Source of the DNA: Cirrosporium novae-zelandiae
Taxonomy: Eukaryota
DNA length: 64,000 bases
Assembly (NCBI GenBank): GCA_026023565.1
Contig: JAPETS010000001.1
Span: 1,364,001 to 1,428,000 of the forward strand
Direction: 5' to 3'
Under the pieces are notes generated by a model. That model was given only the letters and a program-made list of their open reading frames with translations, ran no database searches and was not told the origin of the DNA. Made by a program: the position numbers and the translations under genes. How positions within the stretch are numbered: the stretch's first letter is position 1; the number at the start of each line of letters is the position of its first letter. Below, piece by piece: positions 34,831 to 46,992 of the stretch.

Positions 34831-37428
34831 CTACAGCTCATCCTTCCCCTCCTCCCCCTTAACTGCCGGCATCCTCATAATATCTACTACTAGACTAGTC
34901 CACCCCGTAAAATGCTGCGTGCGCTGTCCCTCACCTGTCTCGGGATTATATTGCTCCCACGCAAATCCCGTGCGCTCCCATTCGGAGTAGACCGTTTGGA
35001 CGAGGTTGCGGCGGAGACGATTATAGAGGTCTGTCGCATGAGCGCGGTGAGGGCCAGGGTTTGTGGCGATTTTCTGATGGGTAAGTGTTAGATTAGCAGA
35101 GGAATTGGATAGCGATGGCGGGTGAAAACGGAGACTTACGTAAAGGTTCGTCACGACTAGGTAATTGATGTTTATCCAAATGGGGCTTCTCCAATAGTTT
35201 TCATCGGTCCCGTAAAACTCGCTCTTTTTGCTCAGACTTCGGATACCATACTCACTCCACAGCTCCTCTGGATCCCCGATTAGATCCAACACGGCACCCA
35301 ACCGTGGGCTATCGGGGTCTAAGAGACCTGTTAAGAATGGGAAGATGGAAATATAACCTTTGTGGCATACGTGCACACTCTCTTCGAAGTCATCTATCGT
35401 AGCGTCGCAATATGTTTGAGCATCTGAGTCCCAGTGGAGGTCATCGATATTGTGTAGAATGGCAGTCTCGTACTTAGTAAACTCGATGGAATCATCAATT
35501 TCATCAAGAGTTGTGGCAATGCGGCGCATTGTACGTGTCATCATACCCATCCAGCTAATCAGGTCGGTATGAAGTTCGCCTGGGTGAGGCGGTTGGGGGC
35601 GAGGATAGTCGTCGAGGCCAGAAGGAAGAATGTGTTGAGGGGTGCGGCCACGCCAACGGTATGCCTCCTTGGTGGAAAAGGCCTCTCGGTCATAGGACAT
35701 GAGGTCGCCCCATTGAGTTTTGCGGAACCAGAAGTAGTGGCGTTTGAGGAGTGGATAGAGATTGCGAAGGTAGGAGAGGCCAAGGGAGGGGTTAATGAGG
35801 TGAGTAGAGCGGATGGGGTCATGATACATGCTCTTGTCCTTGGAGGCGGCTTCAATCTTGTCAATAAAGGTCTCAAGGACGAAGAAGAGAGTGGGTGGAT
35901 TGGCATAATGTGGGTACTGGACACGGAACTCTGTTGGAACTTTGCTTCGAGCCTCAGGACCAAGGATTTGTTCCCGGGCTATCCAGCCGTCGTCGTCCAT
36001 GAGATTGAACCAGCTCTTAATGATTTCAAGGGTCAAGTCGATATCGTACTCTACCATGGGGATTAGATGAAATCCTTCGTCCCAAAGGAATCCTCTAGGG
36101 AAGAATGGACGGGAAGGAATACTGGTGAAGAGTTCGTTTGGTCCCTCAATCTTAAGCTCTGCTCGGCTTCTGGCTTCAGCAGCCTCTTCCCAGAAACCCT
36201 CGTTCTCTTCTTCATATTCTAATGCATACGATCGGTCAACGATCTCATCTCCGTAGAAGTATCCGATGCCACCAACCAAATTTGAGAACATGGCCTTGGA
36301 GAACTTGTCGTAGTTCGACTTGGTGAAGGGAGATGAAGGGGCAAGTGCCTTTTTGAAGCGCTCCGAGAATTTCTCATTGACTTCTTTGACTCCCTTGGTT
36401 AATATCTCTGAATTTAGTGGTTCTGGAGCGGACTCAGACGAGAAGAGGATATCAAATTCGAATGGGCCTTGGAAGACTTTCTGGACAAAATGGACATTAC
36501 CTGGTCCAGGCTGATTTGCAATTGTATATACTTGGTATGGGGGAGGTGCATTCTCTTGCCCATATTTGGGCATATAATAACCTTCAATGCCTTGTTTAAG
36601 ATGCTGAAAGAGTACATTCTTCGTCTGCCATAATGCCTCCTCTGGTATTTGAAGACTTGCAACCATCGTCCGGTCCACTGGTTTCTCGTCATAACTTGGA
36701 TGTATTTTCGGAGGGTGTTCATTCGAGTCGGGACCTTCAGTAATATCGATCTTGAATCCTCCTAGCTCTGGAGTCTGACCTTTAAATGTTACGGTGCCCT
36801 CATAACCCAGCTCGTCTATTTCATTCCCGAATTCTATTGCTCCAAATCCTTCCATAGCAGTTGTGAAAATAACAGAGGTAATTAGATTAACAGGCGCATC
36901 TTCCCTCGGTACCCCTTTTACACGGGTACCCCAATTGCCGCCATGAGAACCTCCTGGAACTTTTATGTATTCAATGGTTAAATCAATAGCGTTTCCTGAA
37001 TCGTGAATCGTTTGGCGGCCTCCATCCCGAACATCGTATTCATCCCAGCCATAGCCTGCCATGCCCTCATGCTGTTCGCATGTATATCTAAAATCTACAA
37101 GGCCACTGTATTAGTATTTGGTTTCTCAAGTGACGGTCTTCATCTCTCACTACTGGCTTGGAGCCGCCACTTGCAACGACATACTTTTTTGCGCCGTAGC
37201 ATAATCATCCATCCTTGTCCATAATAACCCTGTCGTCAAGCTTTTAGGTATCCTAGGGCGAACCCCGAAATAAAGGTTTGGTCTGTATGGTCCCCATAAC
37301 AACGACTCATTTGCCTGCCTTCTAATGTTATCGAGTAATGGTTCTTGCTCAGAAGCGATAGAGGTGCCGCATATAGAGAGAGTAAAAAAGAATGTAAGGA
37401 AGCGAGCTGCCCTGAAAAACCCATGCAT
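34831..37428 (-). CDS. CWH41: ER glucosidase I (mannosyl-oligosaccharide glucosidase, GH63)
   Basis: Signal peptide, LLWGPYRPNLYFG, PSRPFFPRGFLWDEGFH, GWIAREQILG, SGLDDYPR and HFTGWTSLV. Ends in KDEL. Two introns. Confidence 0.95.
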
Positions 37429-38141
37429 GGTGGGGGTATATGTAATGGAACAGAACCCGAAGCCCCAATTCCTAACGGAGCTTCAAAGATTCAAATTTAG
37501 TTGATCATGGTAGTAGGAACGGGATCAAGTTCAAATTGGCCAAAGCTCATCGGAGAAGACAACAAGTGGCCGCAATGGTACATATCCTGCCTCAGGCCTT
37601 AGGTTCGGGTGGGTGAAAAAACAAGTTCACAATTTGTTTTTTCACCATTTCCCCACGGAGTAGCCTAATTAATTCATTTGAGATTTAACCCCAACACAAT
37701 AATAAATTATTATCAAATTAATATATAATTGTATTATGATTATTTTTAAAAAAAATATAATAATAAATATTTGAGTGGGCAAACTTGTGAGTGCCGCTTT
37801 TTCGTTCACCCACCCGCCGCAGACCCTACAAAATTGCCATGACTCACTTTCGCACTCACTTTTATTGCACTGTCTATTTGCTCTCAACTTTTTTTCGTCA
37901 AATAATTTTGACCTAACAGTTAGTCGGATATTCTGAAAGGTTGAACCGCTTGAATTGAGTCCACCCAAGATCCGAAAACGACAATAATAAATACTATTTC
38001 ACAGGATAGTATGTTGGTATAGATTTTTCTTGCTGTCCATTTTATTCCAAATCGATAACCATTTATCGATGCCTGACATGAACACCATCTTTTCAATGCC
38101 TCTACGCCATTTTCAATAAAACCCCGCTCCTGTAACCAAAC

Positions 38142-40638
38142 CTATTTCCTCTCATTGATTTGGCCCTGAACCCATTTTTCTAATCCACCCTTCGCAATGA
38201 TATCTTGCACATTCGGCGGCAACTCCCCTACTCTCTGTGACCATTTTAGTCCGTGTTCCCCTTCTTGAACCTCAACACGACTACGTCGAACATCCCACGT
38301 TAACCTCCAGCCTGTGCGGCGAGTAAGAATCTTCTCTGGTTGGGGCGTTTCCGTTGGCTCTGGAGGTGGATGATCAAGGGACTGGCTATGTTGCGAAGGC
38401 TCGGTGATAGCTTGGTTCTTCGATTTTGAAGTTGACTGAGGCTCTGAGAAAACCTCCCTGAGACGTTGAATGAGTCTTGGGACCTCAAGCCCCATCAAGG
38501 CATTATTAATACTATTACGAGAGAAAATGTTGCCGAAGCTGCCGGAGACCACCAGAGGAATTTCTTTTGCAAGAATTGCGGTGGCAGCTTGCTCGCGAGA
38601 ACTACCGCAGCCGAAATTGAACCCTGCAACAAGAATGTCTCCCTCCTTAGCAATAGAATTGAAGCTTGGATCATAGTTGGACATGCAGGCTTCAGCCATC
38701 TGCTCTTTTGGCACATAATCTTGATATGTAAGTTTACCTGGGTAGATACCGTCGGTGTTAATGTTGTCACCGTCGCAAAAGACTATTTCGCCTTCAATCT
38801 TTTCAGGGAAACCGGGCAGGATCTCATTCAGGGATTCCTCAGCGGCAGGGCTAGGGTCATTTGTGCCGGATAAATCCGATTCAGCCATTGCTAACATATC
38901 ATCAAGCTGGCCAATGACCTTTTCTAAAGCTTCTTCTGCATTGATCATGCGGTTTTCCTCCTTGATACCATCTCCTTCACCTGTAGCGACACCCTTCCAC
39001 ATAGCTGGCTTTTCGTACCACTCGGGTCCAGAGATTATTCCGTTTAAAGCACTAGCAGCAACAACTTGTGGACTCGCAAGATAAGCCTTAGCCTCCCTGC
39101 TCCCCATCCGGCCCTTGAAGTTACGGTTTGTCGCACTAATTCCAACTTCTCCCGGCTCCAACAGACCCGTTCCTAGTCCAATACATGGTCCACAGCCCGC
39201 CGGCAGAGCTATCGCACCAGCTTCGAGTAAGGTTTGCCAGTCGCCAGTTGCTTCTGCCAGTTCTTGTTCCGGCAAGGATGCCGCGGCAATATAAAATTGA
39301 ACACCTTTGGCTATATGGGGAATCTTATCGTCGTTAGTCTTTGCGGCATCTTGGAAAACTTTAGCAGCAGCGGCAAGGTCTGAAGCTCGGGAATTGGTGC
39401 AAGAAACAAGGTATGCTTTGTTGACTGTAATATTCTGCGTTTGGAGTTCATATAAAGGAGTAGCAACTTTTACGGAATTTGGACCTGATACATACGGAGC
39501 AAGCGTGGAAAGGTCAAGATAGAGCTGCTTAGCATACTTCGCACCTTTGTCCGCTGTGAGCTGATTCTCAAGGAATTTATCAAGTTTCTCGTGATTGAAT
39601 CTTTCTATCGTCTTCGATTCCATGAGGCCGTAGTCCTTGAAAAGTGCCGCTGAAGTAGCTTTGTACCGTAACCACGATTTGAGCACCGGGTCAATTGGGA
39701 ATAGTCCACTGAGAGCACCCCATTCAGTAGTCATGTTCGCTATGGTTAATCGCGCATCTATAGGTAAACTTTGCATTGTCTCTGGCGATCCTGTAAATTC
39801 AATAGCATGATTTAGTACTTCATCTTTCCCAAATAAACCACAAAGAGCAACAATCACATCTTTTCCTGTGACACCTTTGGGGAGAACCCCGGTGAAGGTA
39901 ACCTTGGCAATTGGAGGAATTTGCCACCAGGTACGACCAGTTGCCCAAATACTTGCAGCATCAGTCCTGACAACAGGAGTTCCAAGACATCCAACACCAC
40001 CATACATGTTAGTATGGCTATCTGAAGCAACAACCAATGTTCCAGGCCAAGCATAACCTTCTTCAACCATAATCTGGTGTCCGATGCCTCTTCCTGCTGG
40101 ATAGAAGTCCACCCCTTGGACCTTGGCGAATTCCTCGATTTGACGGTATTTTTTGAGGTTCGCCTCAGTTTTATTCTGGACATCATGATCCAATGTCATG
40201 ACCACCTGGCGGTTATCATGAATCTTCGAAGCACCTATTTTCATAAATTTGAGTGCCACTGGCCAAGAGTTGTCATGTGTCATGCAATGATATGGCGACA
40301 GAGTGACATAATCTCCAGACTTGACAAATTTATCTTTCGGAAGGCCAAGTGAGTATCTCTGTACGATTTTCTCTGTAAGGGTTTGAGGAGTGGGCGAAGA
40401 AGTCTGGATAGAAGATAGGATTGCTGCAGTGGCTACATCCTCTTTCTGTGCATGGAAGACATCATGCTGCACCTTCAAGATCCGAGAAAAAAGCCTCGTG
40501 CTTCTGTATACTGAACTTGCGGTAGCAGGCAGTGGCAATCGCCCGCAACGAGGAAGAATTGAAAAACCCCTTAGCTGGAAACAATAGTCAGCATGTATTA
40601 AACTAAGTTGGTGCTCGAATAAGATAACCCACCAACAT
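38142..40638 (-). CDS. LYS4: Mitochondrial homoaconitase
   Basis: ATG TTG at 40638, then a 58-nt intron, gives the presequence [14 protein letters not shown]. Motifs: [31 protein letters not shown] and GCGSSREQA. Confidence 0.93.
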
Positions 40639-40770
40639 CTTGCTCCTCCAGTCCTCAATTGCTGTTGCAAAAATGCAATTCGAAATGCATGGGGTGTAAA
40701 CAATTTGGACCCGAGAAAAGTTGTGATAGCTGCAGACGGATTAGAAATGGTTTGATTGGTTGATGGGGGG

Positions 40771-40778
40771 ATGACTCA
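40771..40778. promoter_or_regulatory. Gcn4/CpcA response element (ATGACTCA) upstream of LYS4
   Basis: The consensus TGACTCA lies about 135 bp upstream of the LYS4 ATG. Lysine biosynthesis genes are classic cross-pathway control targets. Confidence 0.55.
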
Positions 40779-41098
40779 ATATCCGCCTCCACCGATCTCG
40801 GAACAAGGACCCACGAGGCCCTACACTGCAGGTGCATTAAACCTCGCCATCGAACGTTTCAAACGTATGCTAATGTATGAAATGTGATTTTCATGGGAGA
40901 ATTTGTTATATATTCCAATTTCATCGTACATGAAGTCCTCTCCACTGGAAATCTGGTGGTCGATATCCATCTATATGGCGAAAGTAGCATCGATATGTTT
41001 ATTTCAAGGAAGTAGTGATTTTTTAAGGCTCTAGTATACCACACATGAATTTCTAAATTCAAACTTTTGTAGATAAAATTCAACACAATTCATGGGCA

Positions 41099-42486
41099 TC
41101 ATGTCTGTGCATACTCCTGAAGGTATTTTGCCAACTTCTCAACATTTTCCATAGGCACTGCATTGTAATTGCTGGCCCTTATACCCCCAACACTTCTATG
41201 TCCCTTCAATCCCTGGAGCATCCTCTTCTCCGCTCCGGCTAGAAATTCTTTCTCCTTCTCCGTATCGCCCCTATATATCCTAAAGCAGATATTCATACGA
41301 CTCCGAACAGATCTGTCAGGAACAACTCGATACACCTGGGGATATTTGTCTAGTACTCCATATAGCAATTTGGCCTTCGCGTTCGCGGCTTCTTCCTGGC
41401 CGGAAATTTTCTTGTCACCCCATGTGCTGATGCTTCGCGCCATGACTTGTCCCGCGACCCAGAGGTTGAAGATGGGAAGGGTATTGTAGAGAGAGTTGTT
41501 CTTAGCCATGGTGGGATAGTCAAGTGTGATAGGACCAGGAAGGCCTCCGAGGCCGATTTCGTGGAATATAGAGGAGGGCGGAACGACCGTTTGGGGTGGG
41601 AGGAGGGATTTGCGGATAATAACGATTGTGATTCCCGCTATGCCCACGTTCTTTTGCGCACCCCCCTAACGAGTTGTCAACTGACATATTTCTGGATGTA
41701 ACTTGGTACATTGAGACTTACGTATATAATAGCGTACTTGCAAACATCAATTTTGCGGCTAAGAAAGTTGGAGCTCATATCTGCCACTACCAGTCTGTCT
41801 TCCTCTTCACAGATAGTCTGTGCCTCCAGCCGTTTAGGAAAGCCAGGGAATTCGACTCCATCCACGGTCTCATTGTCACAATAATAGACAAAAGCCGATC
41901 CTTGGCCACCTTCTTTCTTTGATGGTGTCAAGTTCCATGTGTCTTCTGAGGGTATATTCCCAAATTTACCATTATTTGATTTGCGAGCATCAACAGCGAT
42001 GTTGATGTATTCGGGGCCAATTAACCGTGCTGCTTCCTGAGATGCCTTGTTTGACCATGAGCCTGTTACCAAATAGTCAAGCTTCAGCTCTTCTTCGACT
42101 TCTTTTTTCAACCGTTCCACTACCAATTGGTCGATCTTCTCTTTTTGCTCTCCAGCATGCGTTTTGCGGATCTCTACTTCCGCCCTTCTTCTGCGCCTCT
42201 CAACCCACACACTAATAAGATTGTATACAACGGCGCTGAACTCTCCGCTACCTCCAGCTTGCATGAACAATATCTCATAATTTTCTGGGATGTCATAAAG
42301 GGTAGTCAAGGCGGCTTTGGTATCAGCGAGAACCTTGTTAGCTATAGGAGATCTGTGAGAGATTTCTGCTAGGCCTAAGCCAGTGTCATTGTAGTTGACA
42401 AAAGCCTTCCCGCCAGCTTCAATAACATCTGTAGGGAGAGGCGCTGGACCTGCACCGAAATACGCAATGTCGGCACGAGAAGGCAT
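41099..42486 (-). CDS. SER1: Phosphoserine aminotransferase
   Basis: YFGAGPAPLP, EISHRS, YCDNETVDGVEF, ADMSSNFLSR, GGAQKNVG and GLKGHRSVGGIRASNYN. One intron. Confidence 0.95.
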
Positions 42487-43063
42487 TTTTGTTGTGTTAC
42501 GAAATTTGGGTCAGTGCAAGTGGTCCCAAGAGAGTGGGTGACAACATGAATCTTGTATCGAGTACTGGCTAGTAGGTGCACGTGCCTAAATAACTCAATT
42601 GATAATTACGTGTATTTAATCAAGTATTCTTTTACTGTCGGGGTTCAAAAATTTGTATCTCCGATGATAAACCCCACTTCCCTGCTGTTCATTACCCTTA
42701 GTAAATCAATGATAATTTAATATGGAGAGGCTGGTCGGGTGTTTAGCTAGACCTAGCTTTTAGCTACGAGTTTGTATAAGACCCTACCAAGAAATGAAAT
42801 TTTTGAAATATTGTTGTGAATAAATTCAGTAATGGTCGGGGAAATAAAGGTGCGTAACAAGTAGTTGTATTTCTTTAAGGGACTACTAGGTACAGGTGTC
42901 CTCTTTTATGGTGTAGACTTATTAAGGGATTAGTAAGTCAGCCCTAATTTTAATCTAGGTGCCTAAGATATATATACGGTACGTATACGGCCTCTTTATA
43001 GTCGGTCTACTATTAAATAGATTTTCTAAAATATTATTTATAATACTCCCGTTTATCCGCAAT

Positions 43064-43378
43064 TGTCAAGGTTGGGGCTCTGATAGTGTAGGTAGCGATG
43101 CGGATAGGTAGTGTGTCCATATCGTAGTAATATTGAAATAATAGTACTCCTGTATAATACAAGATTGAAAACTGGTTTTTCCCAGTTTTTTTTCTATTTT
43201 TTTATATAAATCTTTCTATTTGACGTTTTCTCGATAATCTATCGGCGCTACGTAACGTTATTTCCCCGTTTTTATCCCGTTTTTAATTCTTAGACGTAGC
43301 GACCCTTTCTAGTACTCTATTTCCCTTTTTTTGTGACAGAACCCTTTTTTAGTATTCTATTTCTTTTCTTTTGTGACA
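43064..43378. mobile_element. Solo LTR, copy 1 (315 bp)
   Basis: TGTCA...TGACA termini, with 5-bp TSD GCAAT at 43059-43063 and 43379-43383. A second copy is at 45134. Confidence 0.9.
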
Positions 43379-43439
43379 GCAATAAAATAATTTATTTAAT
43401 ATCTTCCCTAATAAAATAATCATTAAAGAAAAGAACTTT

Positions 43440-44327
43440 AAAATATTAAAAGAATAATTTTTAATGACCTCGAGTTATTAAATTAATTCATTATTGTAAC
43501 GACTATTATACTAAATATTTAACGTTTATTTAAGGCCTATAAAACCTAGTAGCAACGGGGAAAAATCGGGAATTATAAATATACGTATCGATTAATTAAT
43601 TATTCTATTAAGTGCTCAAATCTTTGATTATAGCACAACGATCTAATTAACTGATTATTTGAATTTTTATAAAATTAAATATAATAATATTTAAAGATAA
43701 TCGTATCTATTGTGAAAGAGTTACCAGTTTTTGGCTGCCTAGGGCACCGAATGAGGGCAAACCTTTATTCGGAAAGCTCTAGGTAAGCGAGAACTGGGGA
43801 CAATATACCGGAATTTCGGAATTAGTTTTTTATCTATTTACGTATTAATTCTGGATATAAGATACAATTATTTATTTATATAAATAATTATACGTTCTAA
43901 TAAATATAAAAAAATATTAGATTTATTCGTTTTTTTAATTTGTTTATTTTATTTGGTTGATTTATTTATTTATTTTAAAAATTATATATTTATTTATTTA
44001 TTTAAATTTTATATACGATACCGTTCCTATAATTGCTCCAGGTTTTTTATATTCTATATTTACAATTTTATTTAAATATTTAATTCTAATATTCTTTTAT
44101 ATTTGGCGATCTCGGAGCGATAAAATTGAATAATCGAAAATAAAATAAAATAAAATAAAATAAAATAATCTAAATAATATTTTAAAAATCAGGAACCCAG
44201 ATTTTAATATACGGAAAAATATATCCCGAATTAAAAATAAATTGTAAATTAATATATAATTATAATAGCTTCTAAGCGGTATATGGACATAAAACAATGA
44301 ATAATCATCATTAATCATCATCATCAT
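43440..44327 (+). mobile_element. Degenerate LINE fragments (5'-end-like at ~43460-43610; 3' end with (CAT)n tail ending at ~44327)
   Basis: 43460-43600 resembles 49080-49210. 44260-44327 matches the family 3' terminus agcttctaagcggtatatggacataaaacaatgaataatcatcat. Confidence 0.65.
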
Positions 44328-44839
44328 ATATAATTATAAATTATAAAAACTATAGCGTTTATTACGATATATAAATTATTTAAAAATCGTAAATGAATTA
44401 ATATTAAAAAAAACCGAGAAAATATATTATATATTTAAGAAGAACTACTAAAATATTATTATAAAATAATATAGATTTAACGAAAAAAATTATTTAAAAT
44501 TAATTATATAAAGATTTTTTAATTAAATATTATTTATAGATTATTAGAAATGAAATTATTAAAATTTAAAAAATAATTTTTAATAATTAAATATTTATCG
44601 ATAAATCTTTATTAAAATATTTTATTATAAAAACTCATTTATTATCGATAAAAAATTTTTATATTTAATTAAAATTATAATTAGATTTATTATAAATTAA
44701 TTAATAAAATTTATAAATTTATAATTTATAATAAAAATCGTCAATATTTTTCAATTTTAAAATATTAATAATACGGAATTCGTAGAAAAATAAAAAATAT
44801 TTTATAACGATATAGAAATAAATTTTAATAATATTATTA

Positions 44840-45590
44840 TATTTACGAAATTCCGTTATTATATAATTAATAATTATAAAAATTAACCCCGGTAGATTGA
44901 CGGGGGTAGTCCGACATTGCTTCCGGCTAGGGTACCACCCGACGCAATGGAAATATGCCCGGGGAATACTGCTATTCAAGCCAGGGAGAACCGACAAAAC
45001 ATTGGTTAAAAACTATAAAATAATAAATCTATAATATTATTTAGATAAAATAATCGAAAAAATAGTAATTAACGCGCTAATGGATATATATAAAAATCTA
45101 AATAAATTATATAAAAATTAATTTGGGTCGAAATGTCAAGGTTGAGGCTCTGATAATGTAGGTAGCGATGCGGATAGGTAGTGTATCTATATCGTAGTAA
45201 TATTGAAATAATAGTACTCCTATATAATATAAGATTAAAAACTGGTTTTTCTTAATTTTTTTTTTATTTTTTTATATAAATTTTTTTATTTAACGTTTTT
45301 TTAATAATTTATCGGTGTTATATAATATTATTTCTTTATTTTTATTTTATTTTTAATTTTTAAATATAGCGATTTTTTCTAATACTTTATTTCCTGTCTT
45401 TTATAATAGAAGCTTTTTTTAGTATTCTATTTCTCTTCCTTTATGATACGAAACGTAATTATTATACAGTCGATACGTTTATATATCTAATATATCGAAT
45501 AAAAAAAAGATTTAATTAAAAATAAATAATTTATATTTTATTTATAAATATTAAAAAAACGTTTAATTATATATTATAATTCAAATTAAT
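44840..45590 (+). mobile_element. LINE ORF2 (RT) fragment interrupted by solo LTR copy 2
   Basis: 44882-45019 translates to INPGRLTGVVRHCFRLGYHPTQWKYARGILLFKPGRTDKTLVKNYK, the start of the LINE RT domain. The flanks align with ~52630-53035. Confidence 0.85.
45134..45448. mobile_element. Solo LTR, copy 2 (315 bp, more heavily mutated)
   Basis: Colinear with 43064-43378. The end TGTGACA is mutated to TATGATA. The 5-bp TSD CGAAA is at 45129-45133 and 45449-45453. Confidence 0.9.
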
Positions 45591-45592
45591 AA

Positions 45593-46674
45593 TAAAAAAA
45601 ACGCTTTTTGGTGATCCTACGCCACTAAATCAATTTATTATTATAACGACCGTTATACGAAATAATTAACGTTTATTTAAGGTTTATGAAATCTAACAGC
45701 AGTAAAAAAATATCGGGGGCTAAAAAAATACGTACCGTTAACGAAAATTAAATAAATATAAAAAAACGATAGCGTTTAAAAAATAAATCGAATAAACCGG
45801 AATAAAATTTTATAATAAAATTTAGCGATTCGGTATTATAATTTTTATTCTAAAAAAAAACGATTAAATAAAAAAACGTCGTCGAAAAATTTTATAAAAA
45901 AAAATAAATTAATAATCGGGATATTTTAATTAAATAAATAATTAAATATATAATAATACGTATATTTCCTGTAATCGGGAAAAAAATATATTAGATTCTA
46001 AAAACCGACGATTTTATAATATAATTATAAAAAATATTTTTCAATTTAAAAATCTAAATAATTATTTTAAAAAAACGAGATAATAAAATTATAAAAATCT
46101 AAAAAAAAAACCAAAAAAAATTATATATAATTAAATAAAAATTTTTAATAATTAAAAAAATAATTATAATAATAATCCAAATATTATAAATTTAAATAAA
46201 AACCGCAAAAACTATATATAGCGGGGCGGAAAATTCTATAAATAAGGATTATATAATCCCAGTAATTAAATCCGAACAAATAATAAAAAAAAAAAAATAA
46301 TATTTTTTTTAATAATATCCCGAGTAGATATAATAACTAGATCGTAAATATTTAGCACGCGGACAATAATATAAATAAATAAAAAAATCCAGAAAAACTC
46401 CTAATAAACGGCAAAAATAATTAAACAGAAAACCCTATCGTTAATACCGAAAACCCCGAAATAGATTTCTATAAAAATAACGCCGGAATTTACGGGGTTT
46501 ATTTATACCAAAATAACTAATAAAATAATAAATAAATCTAATAAAAAATAACAAATAATCAAACCCTATAAAAAAGAACGCACCGGTTCCGCAGACGGGG
46601 ACACAAAAACTGAAAATCAGAAAATATTGATTTTTAATAAAGAAAGGACCGAATATTCGGGTTTTACGATATTA
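45593..46674 (+). mobile_element. LINE 5' portion, cut off by a minus-strand copy
   Basis: Colinear with ~49065-50165 (aaaacgctttttggtgatcctacgccac...). Confidence 0.85.
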
Positions 46675-46992
46675 ATGATGATGATGATAATGATTATTTA
46701 TTGTTTTATATCTATATACCGTTTAGAAGCTATAACGGACTCTACTCGGGGGTTTTTAGACCTTTTCGTATCCTTTTTCGGGCTTACTTTTAGCTAAGGT
46801 GGTGGGGATTACCCCCCTAATTCGGCTAACTAGTTTCCCCCCTTTTTTGGGTTTCCTAGAATTACCTAATTTATCTAACCGGATAGTTTTTTAGCGCTAT
46901 TTCGGTGTTCGTAGCCTATAAATAGGTTTACTCGTATTTATTTTCGATTTTTTCAGTCCTTATTTACGTATAAGTTTACCCCGTATATTTAT
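46675..46992 (-). mobile_element. LINE copy A, 3'-terminal part (continues at 60671-61128)
   Basis: (ATG)n tail followed by attatttattgttttatatctatataccgtttagaagc. It ends in the 15-mer accccgtatatttat, which recurs at 60671. Confidence 0.85.

Noticed and set aside
40639..40703. N-terminal extension of LYS4 in the ORF track (similar extensions for TDA3, MED6 and CYC2)
   Set aside because: These come from non-ATG starts or intron read-through. Spliced ATG starts give better-formed proteins.
43711..43900. Possible third LTR starting TGTGAAAG
   Set aside because: It is a GC-richer patch, but I found no matching end, TSD or second copy.
43064..45448. A single short LTR retrotransposon (TRIM-like) bounded by the two LTRs
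   Set aside because: Each LTR has its own distinct TSD, and the interior is LINE sequence.
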